Shown here: positions 1 through 12,930 of the stretch, in pieces
How positions within the stretch are numbered: position 1 is the first letter of the stretch
Layout: each line of letters begins with the position of its first letter
Origin: Macrostomum lignano
Taxonomy: Eukaryota
Assembly: GCA_002269645.1 (NCBI GenBank)
Contig: NIVC01000856.1
Location: 330,912-394,911 of the forward strand
Length of the DNA stretch: 64,000 bases
Reading direction: 5' to 3'
Program-made: the position numbers and the translations under genes
Notes under the pieces: generated by a model
Databases searched by the model: none
What the model was told of the DNA's origin: nothing
Seen by the model: only the letters and a program-made list of their open reading frames with translations

Positions 1-6
1 GTCTCC

Positions 7-744
7 TTGGATGCTGACCTTGGTGGAGCTCTTTTTCTTCGCGAGGGCCAGCGTCCAAAGACGATACCCTATGTGGTTTTCGTCCCTGCTAAGAGCACCG
101 CAGCTGGACCAGACGTTATTCGCCGGGTCCTACTGCGTCTGAACCCCGACCTCCCTGCTAGTGGACTGGTGTATCACCGCAAAGTCCGCAGGGGGGAGAC
201 GGGCAACTCAATTGTCCTCGGCCTTTCCAGCACTTGGGCGAGTCGGTACCCTAATGGATCCTCTTTCCAGCTGGGTGCCCTCAAGCTCAAGTTGCGCCGA
301 GGAAAGTCTGCCAAAGGGAAGGCTACTGCCAACCCCGGCATCTCCGGCAAGAGCGGGGCGCAGTCTAAGGCCCAAGGAAAGGCGCAAGCCGATCCCAAAG
401 CCAAAGCTGCATCTCGCCCCTCTGCTAGCAGCAGTTCGGCGACCGCGGTAACGGCTCCGGCCGAGCCCCGGGAACCAAACCTGCCAGTCGGAGAAGGAGT
501 TGAGGACGAGGCCGGGTCTTCGGAATCCGAGCTCTCCTCGGCCACCTTGGTGGGGTCTGAAGGTAAAGATGCAGGTGAGGAAGCTTCCTCCATCCTGTCA
601 TCGGAGCCTGAGGACTCTGCTGGGGGGCCGGTGGGGGTGAGGAGGCCATGGACGTCGACCAACTCCCATCTCCCAGTCAAGCCCCAGCGGCCTGGGACGA
701 GGACGATCTGTTGTCCAAGTCTCCTTGATGGCCCTGGGCTCTAG
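7..744 (+). mobile_element. Non-LTR retrotransposon ORF1 (gag-like) C-terminal part, LOA/R1/I-group-like
   Basis: Open frame entering from the window edge, with an 'NPDLP...G.S.VLGLS...FQLGALKL' block resembling the ORF1 domain of LOA-type elements (recognition by eye), then a low-complexity Ala/Ser/Lys tail. Lies 23 nt upstream of an endonuclease ORF2. Confidence 0.7.
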
Positions 745-767
745 CCAGATATTGCATTTAATACAGT

Positions 768-1190
768 ATGACTAAGCTCCACGCTGCCAAAGGAGCGACA
801 TTCTGTCTGCAAATAAATTTACAGCATTGCGTATCTGCGTCAGTAAATCTGATGAAGATTGCTGAGCTGTACAGGCCAGGCCTCATCCTGATCCAGGAAC
901 CCTGGATGCGCAACGGTAAGTTGCCCAACATTCCCTCTGGCTACTCTGATTTTTATGTGTGTGGCCCGGGGAACAGCCGCCCTAGAGCGGCTATCCTCGC
1001 TGCTAGCCATCTCCAGGCTTGGCTGAGGACTGATCTCTCTGATGGAGACCTTTGCGTCATCCAATCTAATCATTTCTCTCCGCGTACGTGTCTTGTTGCC
1101 TCGGTTTATATCCCAGGCGACAGAGACCCTGCTCCCGAGAGTTTACTGCGCCTTGCGCAGTACTGCGAGTCCCAGAACGCTGATGCGCTG
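768..1190 (+). mobile_element. Non-LTR retrotransposon ORF2, N-terminal AP-endonuclease, 3'-truncated
   Basis: 'LQINLQH...ILIQEPW...RPRAAIL...SDGDLC...VASVYIP' are typical APE motifs of LINE ORF2. Homology ends near 1190, where the sequence turns AT-rich and unrelated. Confidence 0.85.
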
Positions 1191-1629
1191 GCCGAAATGT
1201 GCGGAATTTCGTATTTTTCTAATGAGTGTCTGAATATTTGGCTTAATCTGTTTTTTAATGCACCATGCTTTTACTTAATGCGCAGGATCAACTACTGCAC
1301 AGTAGAATGGCAGGATTTTATACAATTATCAACTTACTTATTCATTCAATATACGCATAATTTTGCAGTAAAATGAGCACAATGCTTACCTACCGAATAA
1401 CCTTACTTATCATATCTATCTACCCATTTCCTTAGCCGCCTGTGTACAAGCTAACTTGCTTACCTAGCTACCTATGATACTCAGTACAGTTGTAAGCTAC
1501 AAACCTGTACCTACCTCTCTACCTACCACGTACCTACTTATCTGTCTACCAGCATATCTACTAGAAAAATTAGCTAACTGCTATCTGCTCAGTTTACAAG
1601 CCCACAGACCGTTTCTCACCTAACCTACA

Positions 1630-2010
1630 GTATCTACCTACCTACTTACTTACCTACCTACCTACCTACTTACCTACCTACCTACTTACCTACCTACCCA
1701 CCTACCTACCTATCTACCTACCTACTTACCTACCTACCTACCTACCTACCAATCTACCTACCTACCTACCTATCTACCTACCTACTTACCTACCTACCTA
1801 CCTACCTACCAATCTACCTACCTACCTACCTATCTACCTACCTACTTACCTACCTACCTACCTACCTACCAATCCACCTACCTACCTACCTACCTACCTA
1901 CCTACCTACCTACCTACCTACCTACCTACCTACCTACCTACCTACCTACCTACCTACCTACCTACCTACCTACCTAACTACCTATCTATCTATCTATCTA
2001 TCCATCTAAC
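1630..2010. repeat. (CTAC)n/(CTAT)n microsatellite
   Basis: Direct reading; intergenic. Confidence 0.95.
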
Positions 2011-2263
2011 CTATTCCACATTGCACAAGTGAAAAACCGCTAATTCTGCTTGAAAATCCAAGTAAACTACTATAAGTAGAAAATCTGGGACATTTTATTA
2101 TACCACTATCATTCCAGCCGCACGGAAGGAATTCTACTCGGATTGGCCGGGAGGGAATAGACCATGCACCTACAGAAGCTGTGTGCCTCTACTTAAGTGC
2201 TTATTTATTGCCAAGCAGAAACAATGCAGCAATGCAAACTCAGCGTATTGGCAAAGCTGCGAA

Positions 2264-2518
2264 ATGCAGGTTCACATTTTTATAGCAGCTGTCTCGCTGT
2301 GGTTGAGTCATTCTGCCGCCAGCCACCGACTGGCGATCCTGGTGCAGACTGGCTCCGTGCCTGAGGAGACTCTGCGACTCACACTCGACCGGCTGGTCGG
2401 CCAGGACCGGCTGACATTTCCCGAGACTGGCTCGAACCGGACACTGAGCACCGAGATTCTCCTCACGGACGAGTCGGATGCACTATGGGCCGCGAGACGA
2501 GGTAATACCTGTATAAGG

Positions 2519-2603
<85 letters not shown>

Positions 2604-5600
2604 GGCTCGCCCCCGCAGTTTGTCAGCCAGGCCGACAATTCCACGCCCTGATTTGCATTGGCGGCTGCCGCATGTGCCAAGACGTGTTGTCGTTGGCCAA
2701 CTCGGCGACGGTGCCTGCCGTGGCCGTTCCAGCGTCGGCGCTGTGCCCGATGAGCTCGGTGACAGGTGACACAACTATTGTCTGTTGCTAGTACATAATG
2801 TACACAAATTACACAAAGTACAAAATGCACACAAAGTAAACAAAGAACATTAAGTACACAAAGTACACAAAGAACACAAAGTACACAAAGTACACAAAGA
2901 ACATTAAGTACACAAAGGACACAAAGTACACAAAGTACACAAATGACACAAAGTACACAAAGAACATTAAGTACACAAAGTACACAAAGTACACAAAGTA
3001 CACAAATGACACAAAGTACACAAAGTAAACAAAGAACATTAAGTACACAAAGTACACAAAGAACACAAAGTACACAAAGTACACAAAGTACACAAAGTAC
3101 ACAAAGTACACAAAGTACACAAAGTACACAAAGTACACAAAGTACACAAAGTACACAAAGTACACAAAGTACACAAAGTACACAAAGTACACAAAGTACA
3201 CAAAGTACACAAAGTACACAAAGTACACAAAGTACACAAAGTACACAAAGTACACAAAGTACACAAAGTACACAAAGTACACAAAGTACACAAAGTACAC
3301 AAAGTACACAAAGTACACAAAGTACACAAAGTACACAAAGTACACAAAGTACACAAAGTACACAAAGTACAAATATTAACCTTGCTCTGTTCAACTCGCA
3401 GGCTTCGGTTTCATCGGCACGCCAGAAGCAGAAAAATTTACGGAAGCGGCTGTAGCTGTGCTGAGACACGGCTCGGTGGCGGCGAACGCTGCTGCCCTCT
3501 TCTTTGACAGCAGTCAAGGTGTGCAGATGAGCTTACAGGATGTGACAGTGGGACAATACACACATCAATGAATCCAACATTCCAAGTCTAGCGATTTCAT
3601 TCATCCACTCCATCTGCCAGATCCGCAGCTGATTCAGCAGTTCCTTGATTGGCTCTCCTCGGCTGGTGTGCTGACCCTGTCCTACCAGCTGGACTCTGGT
3701 GGCTTCTCAGTTGCCAAGGCGCTCGCCGGCCTGAGCAGGGTTGGGGTCAGGCACCTGTGCGTTGTTGCTGGGCAGGCGGCAACACTGCGACTACTGGCTG
3801 AGGTTGTTATTGGAGGCTATTTCACTGAGAATCGCCCCATTGGAGAATCCCCAATTGGAGAATAACCAATAGGAGAATCCCCACAGGAGAACCCACCATA
3901 GAAGAATCCCATAGGAGAATCCTATAGGAAAATCCCCCATATGAGAATCCCCCATAGGAGAATCCACATAGGAGAATCCCCCATAGGAATACCCCATAGA
4001 AGAATCCTCATAGGAGAATCCCCATAGAAGAATCCCCAATAGGAGAATCCACACGAGAGGATCCCCCATAGGAGGATCCCGTAGGAGAATCCCATAGAAA
4101 AACCCCATATGAGAATCCCAATACGAGAATCGCCCATAGGAAAACCCCCACAGGAGAACCCACCATAGAACCGCTCACTAAGACTTCCCCCAACCTCATC
4201 AACTGCATCAGCCTTTCACCCGAACCATGCCGCAGGCGAGGGAGCAGTCAGCGCTGGGCCAAGGCTACTTCTGGCTCCTGCTTGACCCAGGCGATATCAG
4301 GCCGCTTCAGTTGCAGAATCTGCTTCAATCGGCGAAAGCAGACAACAAGACCGCAGGATACAGGGCCAATGTGATGCTGATCAGGAGCTCAACTTTTGGA
4401 TTGTTGCACGGAGCTGATAGCGCTTGTTCGCCAGGGGCTTCGGCTGTGTTTCCAGGATGCGATCCGCTGAATATTACTGTGAGTAGAAACAGTCAATCAA
4501 ATCAATCAAGTCAATCAAGTCAATCAAGTCAATCAAGTCAATCAAGTCAATCAAGTCAATCAAGTCAATCAAGTCAATCAAGTCAATCAAGTCAATCAAG
4601 TCAATCAAGTCAACCAAGTCAACCAAGTCAATCAAGTCAATCAAGTCAATCAAGTCAATCAAGTCAACCAAGTCAACCAAGTCAATCAAGTCAATCAAAT
4701 CAATCAAATCAAATCAACCAAGTCAATCAAGTCAATCAAGTCAATCAAGTCAATCAAGTCAATCAAGTCAATCAAGTCAATCAAGTCAACCAAGTCAACC
4801 AAGTCAACCAAGTCAACCAAGTCAATCAAGTCAATCAAGTCAATCAAGTCAATCAAGTCAATCAAGTCAATCAAGTCAATCAAGTCAATCAAGTCAATCA
4901 AGTCAATCAAGTCAATCAAGTCAACCAAGTCAACCAAGTCAATCAAGTCAATCAAGTCAATCAAGTCAATCAAGTCAATCAAGTCAATCAAGTCAATCAA
5001 GTCAATCAAGTCAATCAAGTCAATCAAGTCAATCAAGTCAACCAAGTCAACCAAGTCAATCAAGTCAATCAAGTCAATCAAGTCAATCAAGTCAATCAAG
5101 TCAATCAAGTCAATCAAGTCAATCAAGTCAACCAAGTCAACCAAGTCAATCAAGTCAATCAAGTCAATCAAGTCAATCAAGTCAACCAAGTCAACCAAGT
5201 CAATCAAGTCAATCAAATCAATCAAATCAAATCAACCAAGTCAATCAAGTCAATCAAGTCAATCAAGTCAATCAAGTCAATCAAGTCAATCAAGTCAATC
5301 AAGTCAATCAAGTCAATCAAGTCAATCAAGTCAATCAAGTCAACCAAGTCAACCAAGTCAATCAAGTCAATCAAGTCAATCAAGTCAATCAAGTCAATCA
5401 AGTCAATCAAGTCAATCAAGTCAATCAAGTCAATCAAGTCAATCAAGTCAATCAAGTCAATCAAGTCAACCAAGTCAACCAAGTCAATCAAGTCAATCAA
5501 GTCAATCAAGTCAATCAAGTCAATCAAGTCAATCAAGTCAACCAAGTCAACCAAGTCAATCAAGTCAATCAAGTCAATCAAGTCAATCAAGTCAATCAAG

Positions 5601-8600
5601 TCAATCAAGTCAATCAAGTCAATCAAGTCAACCAAGTCAACCAAGTCAATCAAGTCAATCAAGTCAATCAAGTCAATCAAGTCAACCAAGTCAACCAAGT
5701 CAATCAAGTCAATCAAATCAATCAAATCAAATCAACCAAGTCAATCAAGTCAATCAAGTCAACCAAGTCAACCAAGTCAATCAAGTCAATCAAGTCAATC
5801 AAGTCAATCAAGTCAATCAAGTCAACCAAGTCAATCAAGTCAATCAAGTCAACCAAGTCAACCAAGTCAATCAAGTCAATCAAATCAATCAAATCAAATC
5901 AACCAAGTCAATCAAGTCAATCAAGTCAATCAAGTCAATCAAGTCAATCAAGTCAATCAAGTCAATCAAGTCAATCAAGTCAATCAAGTCAACCAAGTCA
6001 ACCAAGTCAATCAAGTCAATCAAGTCAATCAAGTCAATCAAGTCAATCAAGTCAATCAAGTCAATCAAGTCAATCAAGTCAATCAAGTCAATCAAGTCAA
6101 TCAAGTCAATCAAGTCAACCAAGTCAACCAAGTCAATCAAGTCAATCAAGTCAATCAAGTCAATCAAGTCAATCAAGTCAAGTAAAGCCGTCACCGTTTG
6201 CAGAGCCTGGAGCTTCGGACAGTTGACGCGGTGCTGGCAGTGTCCAAGGCGCTGCTGATGCCCCAAATTTCCGCTGCCAACTCGTCCGGGAGTTGCCAGC
6301 AGAGTTGGACCGGTGGCAGCGAAGCTGCGAGTCGGCTGGCAAAGGTTTGAGGGAAGGACTCACCCTTTTGCTGGGGAGAGGGTTGCGGGGCCCTGAAGCA
6401 TCAGGGAGGGGGTAGAATCATGGATCAGGGAGGGGGTAGAATCATGGATCAGGGAGGGGGTAGAATCATGGATCAGGGAGGGGGGTAGAATCATGGATCA
6501 GGGAGGGGGTAGAATCATGGATCAGGGAGGGGGTAGAATCATGGATCAGGGAGGGGGTAGAATCATGGATCTGGGAAGTTGGGTAGAATCATGGATCAGG
6601 GAGGGGGTAGAATCATGGATCAGGGAGGGGGTAGAATCATGGATCTGGGAAGTTGGGTAGAATCATGGATCAGGGAGGGGGTAGAATCATGGATCAGGGA
6701 GGGGGTAGAATCATGGATCAGGGAGGGGGTAGAATCATGGATCAGGGGAGTTGGGTAGAATGAGCCTGCTAAAGGGTCAGAAGAGCCTCCAAATCGCAGC
6801 TAAAAGCACTTGTATTTCAGCTCGACAATTTCGTCACCCCCTCGTCGACCATCGTCTACGATGCCGCAAGCCGGCACCTCAGCATCAGCATTGAGCTGCT
6901 GGCCACTCACACGAGTCTCGATGGCAGAACTAGTCACGTGCTCTCGGCGAATCGCTTCATTCGGAGCGGAACTTTTGCTGCTACTGGAAGCCGTTCGCAA
7001 CTGCTGGGGATATTTCGGCATCGGGATCGACTGCTGGCCTTTCCGAACACCTTTGTGGACTTTGGCGGCCGAAGATTGCGAGTCTGCGCGCCAGATGTGA
7101 GACAGGGGAGACTGGAGAGGGACAGAGACTGGGGTAGAGTGACACAGAAATCTACAGAGTGAGCACTAGAAGTGACACAGAAATCTACAGAGTGAGCACT
7201 AGAAGTGACACAGACATCTATACAGTGAGCACTAGAAGTGACACAGAAATCTACAGAGTGAGCACTAGAAGTGACACAGACATCTATACAGTGAGCACTA
7301 GAAGTGACACAGACATCTATACAGTGAGCACTAGAAGTGACACAGACATCTATACAGTGAGCACTAGAAGTGACACAGACATCTATACAGTGAGCACTAG
7401 AAGTGACACAGACATCTATACAGTGAGCACTAGAAGTGACACAGACATCTATACAGTGAGCACTAGAAGTGGCACAGAAATCTATACAGTGAGCACTAGA
7501 AGTGGCACAGAAATCTATACAGTGAGGACTAGAAGTGACACAGACATCTATACAGTGAGCACTAGAAGTGACACAGACATCTATACAGTGAGCACTAGAA
7601 GTGACACAGACATCTATACAGTGAGCACTAGAAGTGACACAGACATCTATACAGTGAGCACTAGAAGTGACACAGACATCTATACAGCGAGCACTAGAAG
7701 TGACACAGACATCTATACAGTGAGCACTAGAAGTGACACAGACATCTATACAGTGAGGTATCCTATCCTGCAGTTCAGGCCCTTCACCTACTACACAAAC
7801 GAGAGCTCTGAAGGCTACCTGGGCTACTCAGCTGACCTCATGGCCATCCTGCAAGAGCATCTCAACTTCTCGTGAGAATTTCGATTCGCCACTCTGAAAG
7901 TATTCTAGTTTGTTATAAACTGGCTTATTGCAAATTTTCAATTATAAAAAACCAATCTCAGAGCGTCGGTGTCTCAGGCGCCGGATCTGCAGTTTGGCGC
8001 GCCCGTGAGCGGCAGCGAGTTCTACTCCGGCTGCATCGGCGAAGTGCAACGGGGGTGAGAAACTGCGGCAGTCGGTTGGATAAGATTGAAATGGAGAGAA
8101 GGAGAGGGTAGAGAAGGAGAGGGGGAGAGAAAGAGAGGGGAGAAAAGGATAGGGGGAGAGAAGGAGAGGGGGAGAGAAGGAGATGGGGAGAGAAGGAGAG
8201 ACGGGGAGAGAAGGAGATGGGGAAAGGAGATGGGGAGAGGAGATGGGGAGAGAAGGAGAGGGGGAGAGAAGGAGATGGGGAGAGAAGGAGATGGGGAGAG
8301 AAGGAGATGGGGAGAGAAGGAGAGGGGAGAGAAGGAGAGAGGGAGAGGAGAGAGTGAGAGGGAGAGAGAAGGAGAGGGAGAGAGAAAGAGAGGGGTAGAG
8401 AAGGAGAGGAGGAGAAAAGGATAGGGGGGAGAAGGAGATGGGGAGAGAAAGAGAGCGGGAGAGAAGGATAGGGGGAGAGAAGGAGAGGGGGAGAGAAGGA
8501 GATGGGAGGGAAGGAGAGGGGAGAGAAGGAGAGAGGGAGAGGGAGAGGAGAGGGTGAGAGGGAGAGAGAAGGGGAGGGGTAGAGAAGGAGAGGGGGAGAA

Positions 8601-11600
8601 AAGGATAGGGGAGAAAAGGAGATAGGGAGAGAAGGAGATGGGAGGGAAGGAGAGGGGAGAGAAGGAGAGAGGGAGAGGGAGAGGAGAGGGTGAGAGGGAG
8701 AGAGAAGGGGAGGGGTAGAGAAGGAGAGGGGAGAAAAGGATAGGGGAGAAAAGGAGATAGGGAGAGAAGGAGATGGGGAGAGAAGGAGATGGGGGAGAGA
8801 AGGAGAGGGGGGAGAGAAGGAGATGGGGAGAGAAGGAGATGGGGAGAGAAGAAGAGGGGGAGAGAAGGAGATGGGGAGAGAAGGAGAGGGGAGAGAAGGA
8901 GATGAGGAGAGAAGGAGAGGGGGAGAGAAGGAGAGGGGGAGAGAAGGAGAGGGGAGAGAAGGAGAGAGGGAGAGGGAAAGTGAGAGGTCACAGCCTTGAG
9001 CTACACAAAAGAGAGATTCCATCTAAAATAGCTAGTGGACAATAGATAGATAGTGAGCAGAAAGCGATCAGCAACCACTACAGTGATCGGATTGGAGATC
9101 AGCAAAGGCATCCATTTCCAACCAAAGAACGCTGACTTCGCTCTGCCATTCGCGGTGACGACTGTCCGCGCCCGGGTTGTCCAGTTCGGCTCGGACTTCC
9201 TGGCCACCTCGAACAGCATCCTGGCCAAGCGGCCCCCGGCCAGCAGCAGGATGTGGAACCTGTTCACCCCGCTGGCCCCCGGCACCTGGGCGGCTCTGCT
9301 GGCGGCTTTGCTGGCCGCTTCGCTGATTGTGTACCTGCTGGCCGCTTTCAGCCCCTTCAGCGCTTGGGACCTCGACCTGCCGTACGCCTTCGCCGACGAG
9401 GTCTGGTACAAGGAGTACCTCTGGTCTCTGATTGGCAGCCTGCTGCAGCAGGGCCAGGACTTCTATCCGTTTGCTGTCAGTCCGAGGACTGTCATGATAT
9501 TCTGGTGGATGTTCATCACCATCCTCTTTGCGGTGTACACAGGTGTGACCGACTCTCATCACAAATTCAAAGACCCCGAATTCGACTACCCCGAATTCAA
9601 AGACCCCGAATTTAGAGATCCCGAATTCAAAGACCCCGAATTCAAAGATCCCGAATTCAAAGACCCCGAATTCAAAGATCCCGAATTCAAAGATCCCGAA
9701 TTCAAAGATCCCGAATTCGAGCATTCTAGATTTAAAGATCCCGAACTCAAATATCCCAAATTCAAAAAATCTTAAAATTAATAAGATCCCAAAATCCAAA
9801 TCATCCTAGATCAAAGATCCCAATGATGTAGATTTTATTAGGTTTAAGATAAAAAATTAATCAATTATCAATTAAAATGATCCCAGAAATGATTTTGGAA
9901 GTACGTTAGAAATCTGGAAGCACAAATACGAGAATATGAAACTGCGAGACAACCTTCCTGCAGGCGACATGACCGCTCATCTTGCAACGTCGGTAACCAG
10001 CTTCCCGATTCGAACCCTGGACGACCTGATCGCCAATCCCGAATACAAGGTGGTGGTCACCAAGGGCACCAATCTGGAGTCAAGCATCCTCATGGCAACC
10101 GATGGACCGTTTGTTAAAGTCCGCCAGATGCTGACCGACCCAGCGGAGACCCAGGAGGAGTGCGCCAGGATTGTGCGTTTGGGATATTCTCCCATTGGGA
10201 TAGCTTCTCTGATGGGATCAGACTGCACTGGGATATTCTCCCATTGGGATAACTTCTCTGATGGGATCAGACTGCACTGGGATATTCTCCCATTGGGATA
10301 ACTTCTCTGATGGGATCAGACTGCACTGGGATATTCTCCCATTGGGATAGCTTCTCTGATGGGATCAGACTGCACTGGGATATTCTCCCATTGGGATAGC
10401 TTCTCTGATGGTATCAGACTGCATTGGGAATAATCTCCCCAAAATGTTGCAGCTGCTCAGGTCGACGGACTCTCACCTGGTCTGCATCGCTGACACCTTA
10501 TCGAATGTGTACTTCGCGAATGAGTTCTGCAAGCAGCTGTACCTGGCTGAGGATCGCTTCAACTTCTTCTTCATCAGCATGGCCCTGCCTATTGATGTCT
10601 ACTATTATCCTGCTTTCAACCGGCTGTGAGTGAGACAGTCAGTCAGTCAGTCAGTGAGTCAGTGAGTGAGTGAGTGAGTGAGTGAGTGAGTCAGTCAGTC
10701 AGTCAGTCAGTCAGTCAGTCAGTCAGTCAGTCAGTCAGTCAGTCAGTCAGTCAGTCAGTCAGTCAGTCAGTCAGTCAGTCAGTCAGTCAGTCAGTCAGTC
10801 AGTCAGTCAGTCAGTCAGTCAGTCAGTCAGTCGGTCAGTCAGTCGGTCAGTCAGTTAGTCTAAAAAAAATTTCTAAGAAATATCAATTGATTGCTGTTTG
10901 TACAAATTGATTTTTGTCCCAAATGGACTGCAAAAGCTTTTGACTGAAGAGGAACCAATAAATTCTTTACCATTTATTTTTTCTTTTTTTATCATTTCTT
11001 CAGGCAAATAAGTGAAAGCAGCTTTGAAGTTCTTGCAGTCAATATTTGTTTGAGTTGCTTCCTCTTGCTGCCAACACAATGCTCGAATCGATGCGTCATA
11101 TTGGCCCAGCTAGTCAGTTTCCAGCTCAAGCTTAAGCAGAGAAAATTGCATGACAAAAAGATGAACTAACGAGGACTCAACGCTTTCTACTTTGTATTTG
11201 AGGTATAGAGTTGGCTGGAGTTATAAATCTATTTGACTAATTATTCTTACTGGGGTATATAAATGATCTTTACTTCCGGTTGTAGATTCAGTAGCCTTTT
11301 AGCTAGCTCGTGACTTCCGGTTTTCATGCAAATAACTTTTAGCTACTTCCGGTTGTGGATCAAATAACTTTTCTTCCAGTTGTAGATCAAACAACTTTTA
11401 AGCTACTTCCGGTTGCAGATCCATTAACTTTTAAGCACTTCCGGTTGTAGATTCGGTAGCCTTTTAGCTACTTCCGGTTTTCATGCCAATAACTTTTAAG
11501 CTACTTCCGTTTGCGGGTCAAATAGCTTTTAAGCTACTTCCGGTTGTAGATTAAGTAGCCTTTTAGCTACTTCCGGTTTTCATGCCAATAACTTTTAAGC

Positions 11601-12052
11601 TACTTCCGGTTGCAGATCCAATAACTTTTAAGCACTTCCGGTTGTAGATTCGGTAGCCTTTTAGCTACTTCCGGTTTTCATGCCAATAACTTTTAAGCTA
11701 CTTCCGGTTGTAGATCCAATAAAACGATCTTGACTTCCGGCTGTACGAACTAGTGTTTGGATCAATATACCGGAAGTGAATCATTTATTAATCCGCACGC
11801 ACATTTAGACTGCAGAGGTCTCGCGAGTCCGGCTTAGCCAAATGGCTGCGCCAGCGTTATTACCCGGAAACCAACGACGAGTGCTCGGTGGCGGGCGTCA
11901 CAGCCGCAGCCGGCGCCATCAGCTTTGACGCAATCGGCGGAGCCTGCCTAGCAACCGCCGCTCTGTACGCTAGCGGGCTGATCATCCTGGCGTTGGAGCT
12001 CGCGTGGACCCGGCTGATGAAACGGGAGGCGTTGGAGTGCCGCTGCTACTGA
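2264..12052 (+). CDS. Divergent ionotropic glutamate receptor family protein (iGluR/IR-like), 13 exons
   Basis: Exons: 2264-2501, 2619-2765, 3402-3518, 3621-3802, 4236-4478, 6204-6344, 6821-7096, 7774-7871, 7962-8054, 9128-9542, 9964-10172, 10453-10625, 11809-12052, all GT..AG and phase-consistent except one apparent 1-nt gap at the 8051-8055 G-run. Signal peptide MQVHIFIAAVSLWLSHSAAS; S1 'FGGRRLRVCAPD/FRPF..YLGYSADLM..EVQRG/NADFALPFAVTTVRARVVQF'; M1; pore 'SLIGSLLQQGQD'; M3 'VYTGDMTAHLA'; S2 'IRTLDDL..KGTN'; M4 'GGACLATAALYASGLIILALE'; AATAAA at 12090. Confidence 0.87.
2519..2603. repeat. (AGAC)n microsatellite, iGluR intron 1
   Basis: Direct reading. Confidence 0.95.
2800..3370. repeat. 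9-bp minisatellite AAAGTACAC, iGluR intron 2
   Basis: Direct reading; homogeneous at the 3' side. Confidence 0.95.
3830..4175. repeat. Degenerate ~14-bp minisatellite CCCCATAGGAGAAT, iGluR intron 4
   Basis: Direct reading. Confidence 0.9.
4490..6182. repeat. 9-bp minisatellite AATCAAGTC with ~500-bp higher-order blocks, iGluR intron 5
   Basis: Direct reading; marker AATCAAATCAATCAAATCAAATCAACC recurs near 4695, 5213, 5713, 5878. Confidence 0.95.
6402..6762. repeat. 24-bp minisatellite GATCAGGGAGGGGGTAGAATCATG, iGluR intron 6
   Basis: Direct reading. Confidence 0.95.
7137..7757. repeat. 33-bp minisatellite GTGAGCACTAGAAGTGACACAGACATCTATACA, iGluR intron 7
   Basis: Direct reading. Confidence 0.95.
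8090..8985. repeat. Purine-rich degenerate GGAGAGAAGGAGA array, iGluR intron 9
   Basis: Direct reading. Confidence 0.9.
9565..9770. repeat. 15-bp minisatellite CCGAATTCAAAGATC, iGluR intron 10
   Basis: Direct reading. Confidence 0.9.
10180..10435. repeat. 49-bp minisatellite (~5 copies), iGluR intron 11
   Basis: GGGATATTCTCCCATTGGGA starts at 10181, 10230, 10279, 10328, 10377. Confidence 0.95.
10626..10858. repeat. (GTGA)n grading into (GTCA)n from the donor of iGluR intron 12
   Basis: Direct reading. Confidence 0.95.
11265..11780. repeat. Composite array built on ACTTCCGG, iGluR intron 12
   Basis: About 13 direct ACTTCCGG copies and one inverted CCGGAAGT at ~11770. Confidence 0.9.
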
Positions 12053-12344
12053 CGGCCCCGACCACCAACTTTCTGAATATTGACGACTCAATAAAAGCTT
12101 AAGTAAACTATGGCTAACAATGCCTCGTCAGCTTATCAGTAAAGTTGAACAATTCGAGTTAAGTTTAAGTTAATTATTGACTTGACATCAACATTCATAA
12201 TGTGCAACATTGTGTATTTGATATCAATTTGTCCAAACCTATTATTAATGAGAAAGATGAAAATCAAATTTTACAGCTTAAAATCTGTTTCATTTTGATT
12301 CCTTTTATTCACCCATTACAAAATCTCATCTCAATTGAATCTCA

Positions 12345-12930
12345 CTCCACTCACCACACTACCCCCATCCCAGCCTCCCACAGCCCACACTACCCCATCC
12401 CACACTCCTGCATCCCACACTCCCGCATCCCACACTCCCGCATCCCACACTCCCGCATCCCACACTCCCGCATCCCACACTCCCGCATCCCACACTCCCG
12501 CATCCCACACTCCCGCATCCCAAACTCCCCCATCCCACACTTCCACATGCCACACTCCCCCATCCCACACTCCCCCATCCCACACTTCCACATGCCACAC
12601 TCCCCCATCCCACACTTCCACATGCCACACTCCCGCATCCCACACTCCCGCATCCCACACTCCCCCATCCCACACTTCCACATGCCACACTCCCCATCCC
12701 ACACTACCCCATCCCACACTCCCGCATCCCACACTCCCGCATCCCACACTCCCCCATCCCACACTTCCACATGCCACACTCCCCATCCCACACTCCCCCA
12801 TCCCACACTTGCCAATCCCATACTCCCTATCCCACACTCCCCCATCCCACGCACTCGATTCCACACTACGGAGATACCACACTCCCCATGGCACTTCTCA
12901 ATCCCACACCCTCTATCCCACACTCCATAT
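12345..12930. repeat. 15-bp minisatellite CCCACACTCCCGCAT between convergent 3' ends
   Basis: Direct reading. Confidence 0.92.

Noticed and set aside
4227-6185. 652-aa ORF extending iGluR exon 5 into QSS/NQV/IKS repeats
   Set aside because: Read-through past a canonical ACT|GTGAGT donor at 4479 into the 9-bp satellite; the spliced path restores receptor homology.
9543-9775. FKDPE-repeat tail after M3
   Set aside because: Intron 10 satellite read in frame; a canonical donor (9543) and acceptor (9963) give the expected YTG|DMTAHL.
10200-10420. Hammerhead ribozyme in hairpin-rich repeats
   Set aside because: CTGATGG rather than CTGANGA, and no paired GAAA core. No complete hammerhead core was noticed elsewhere.
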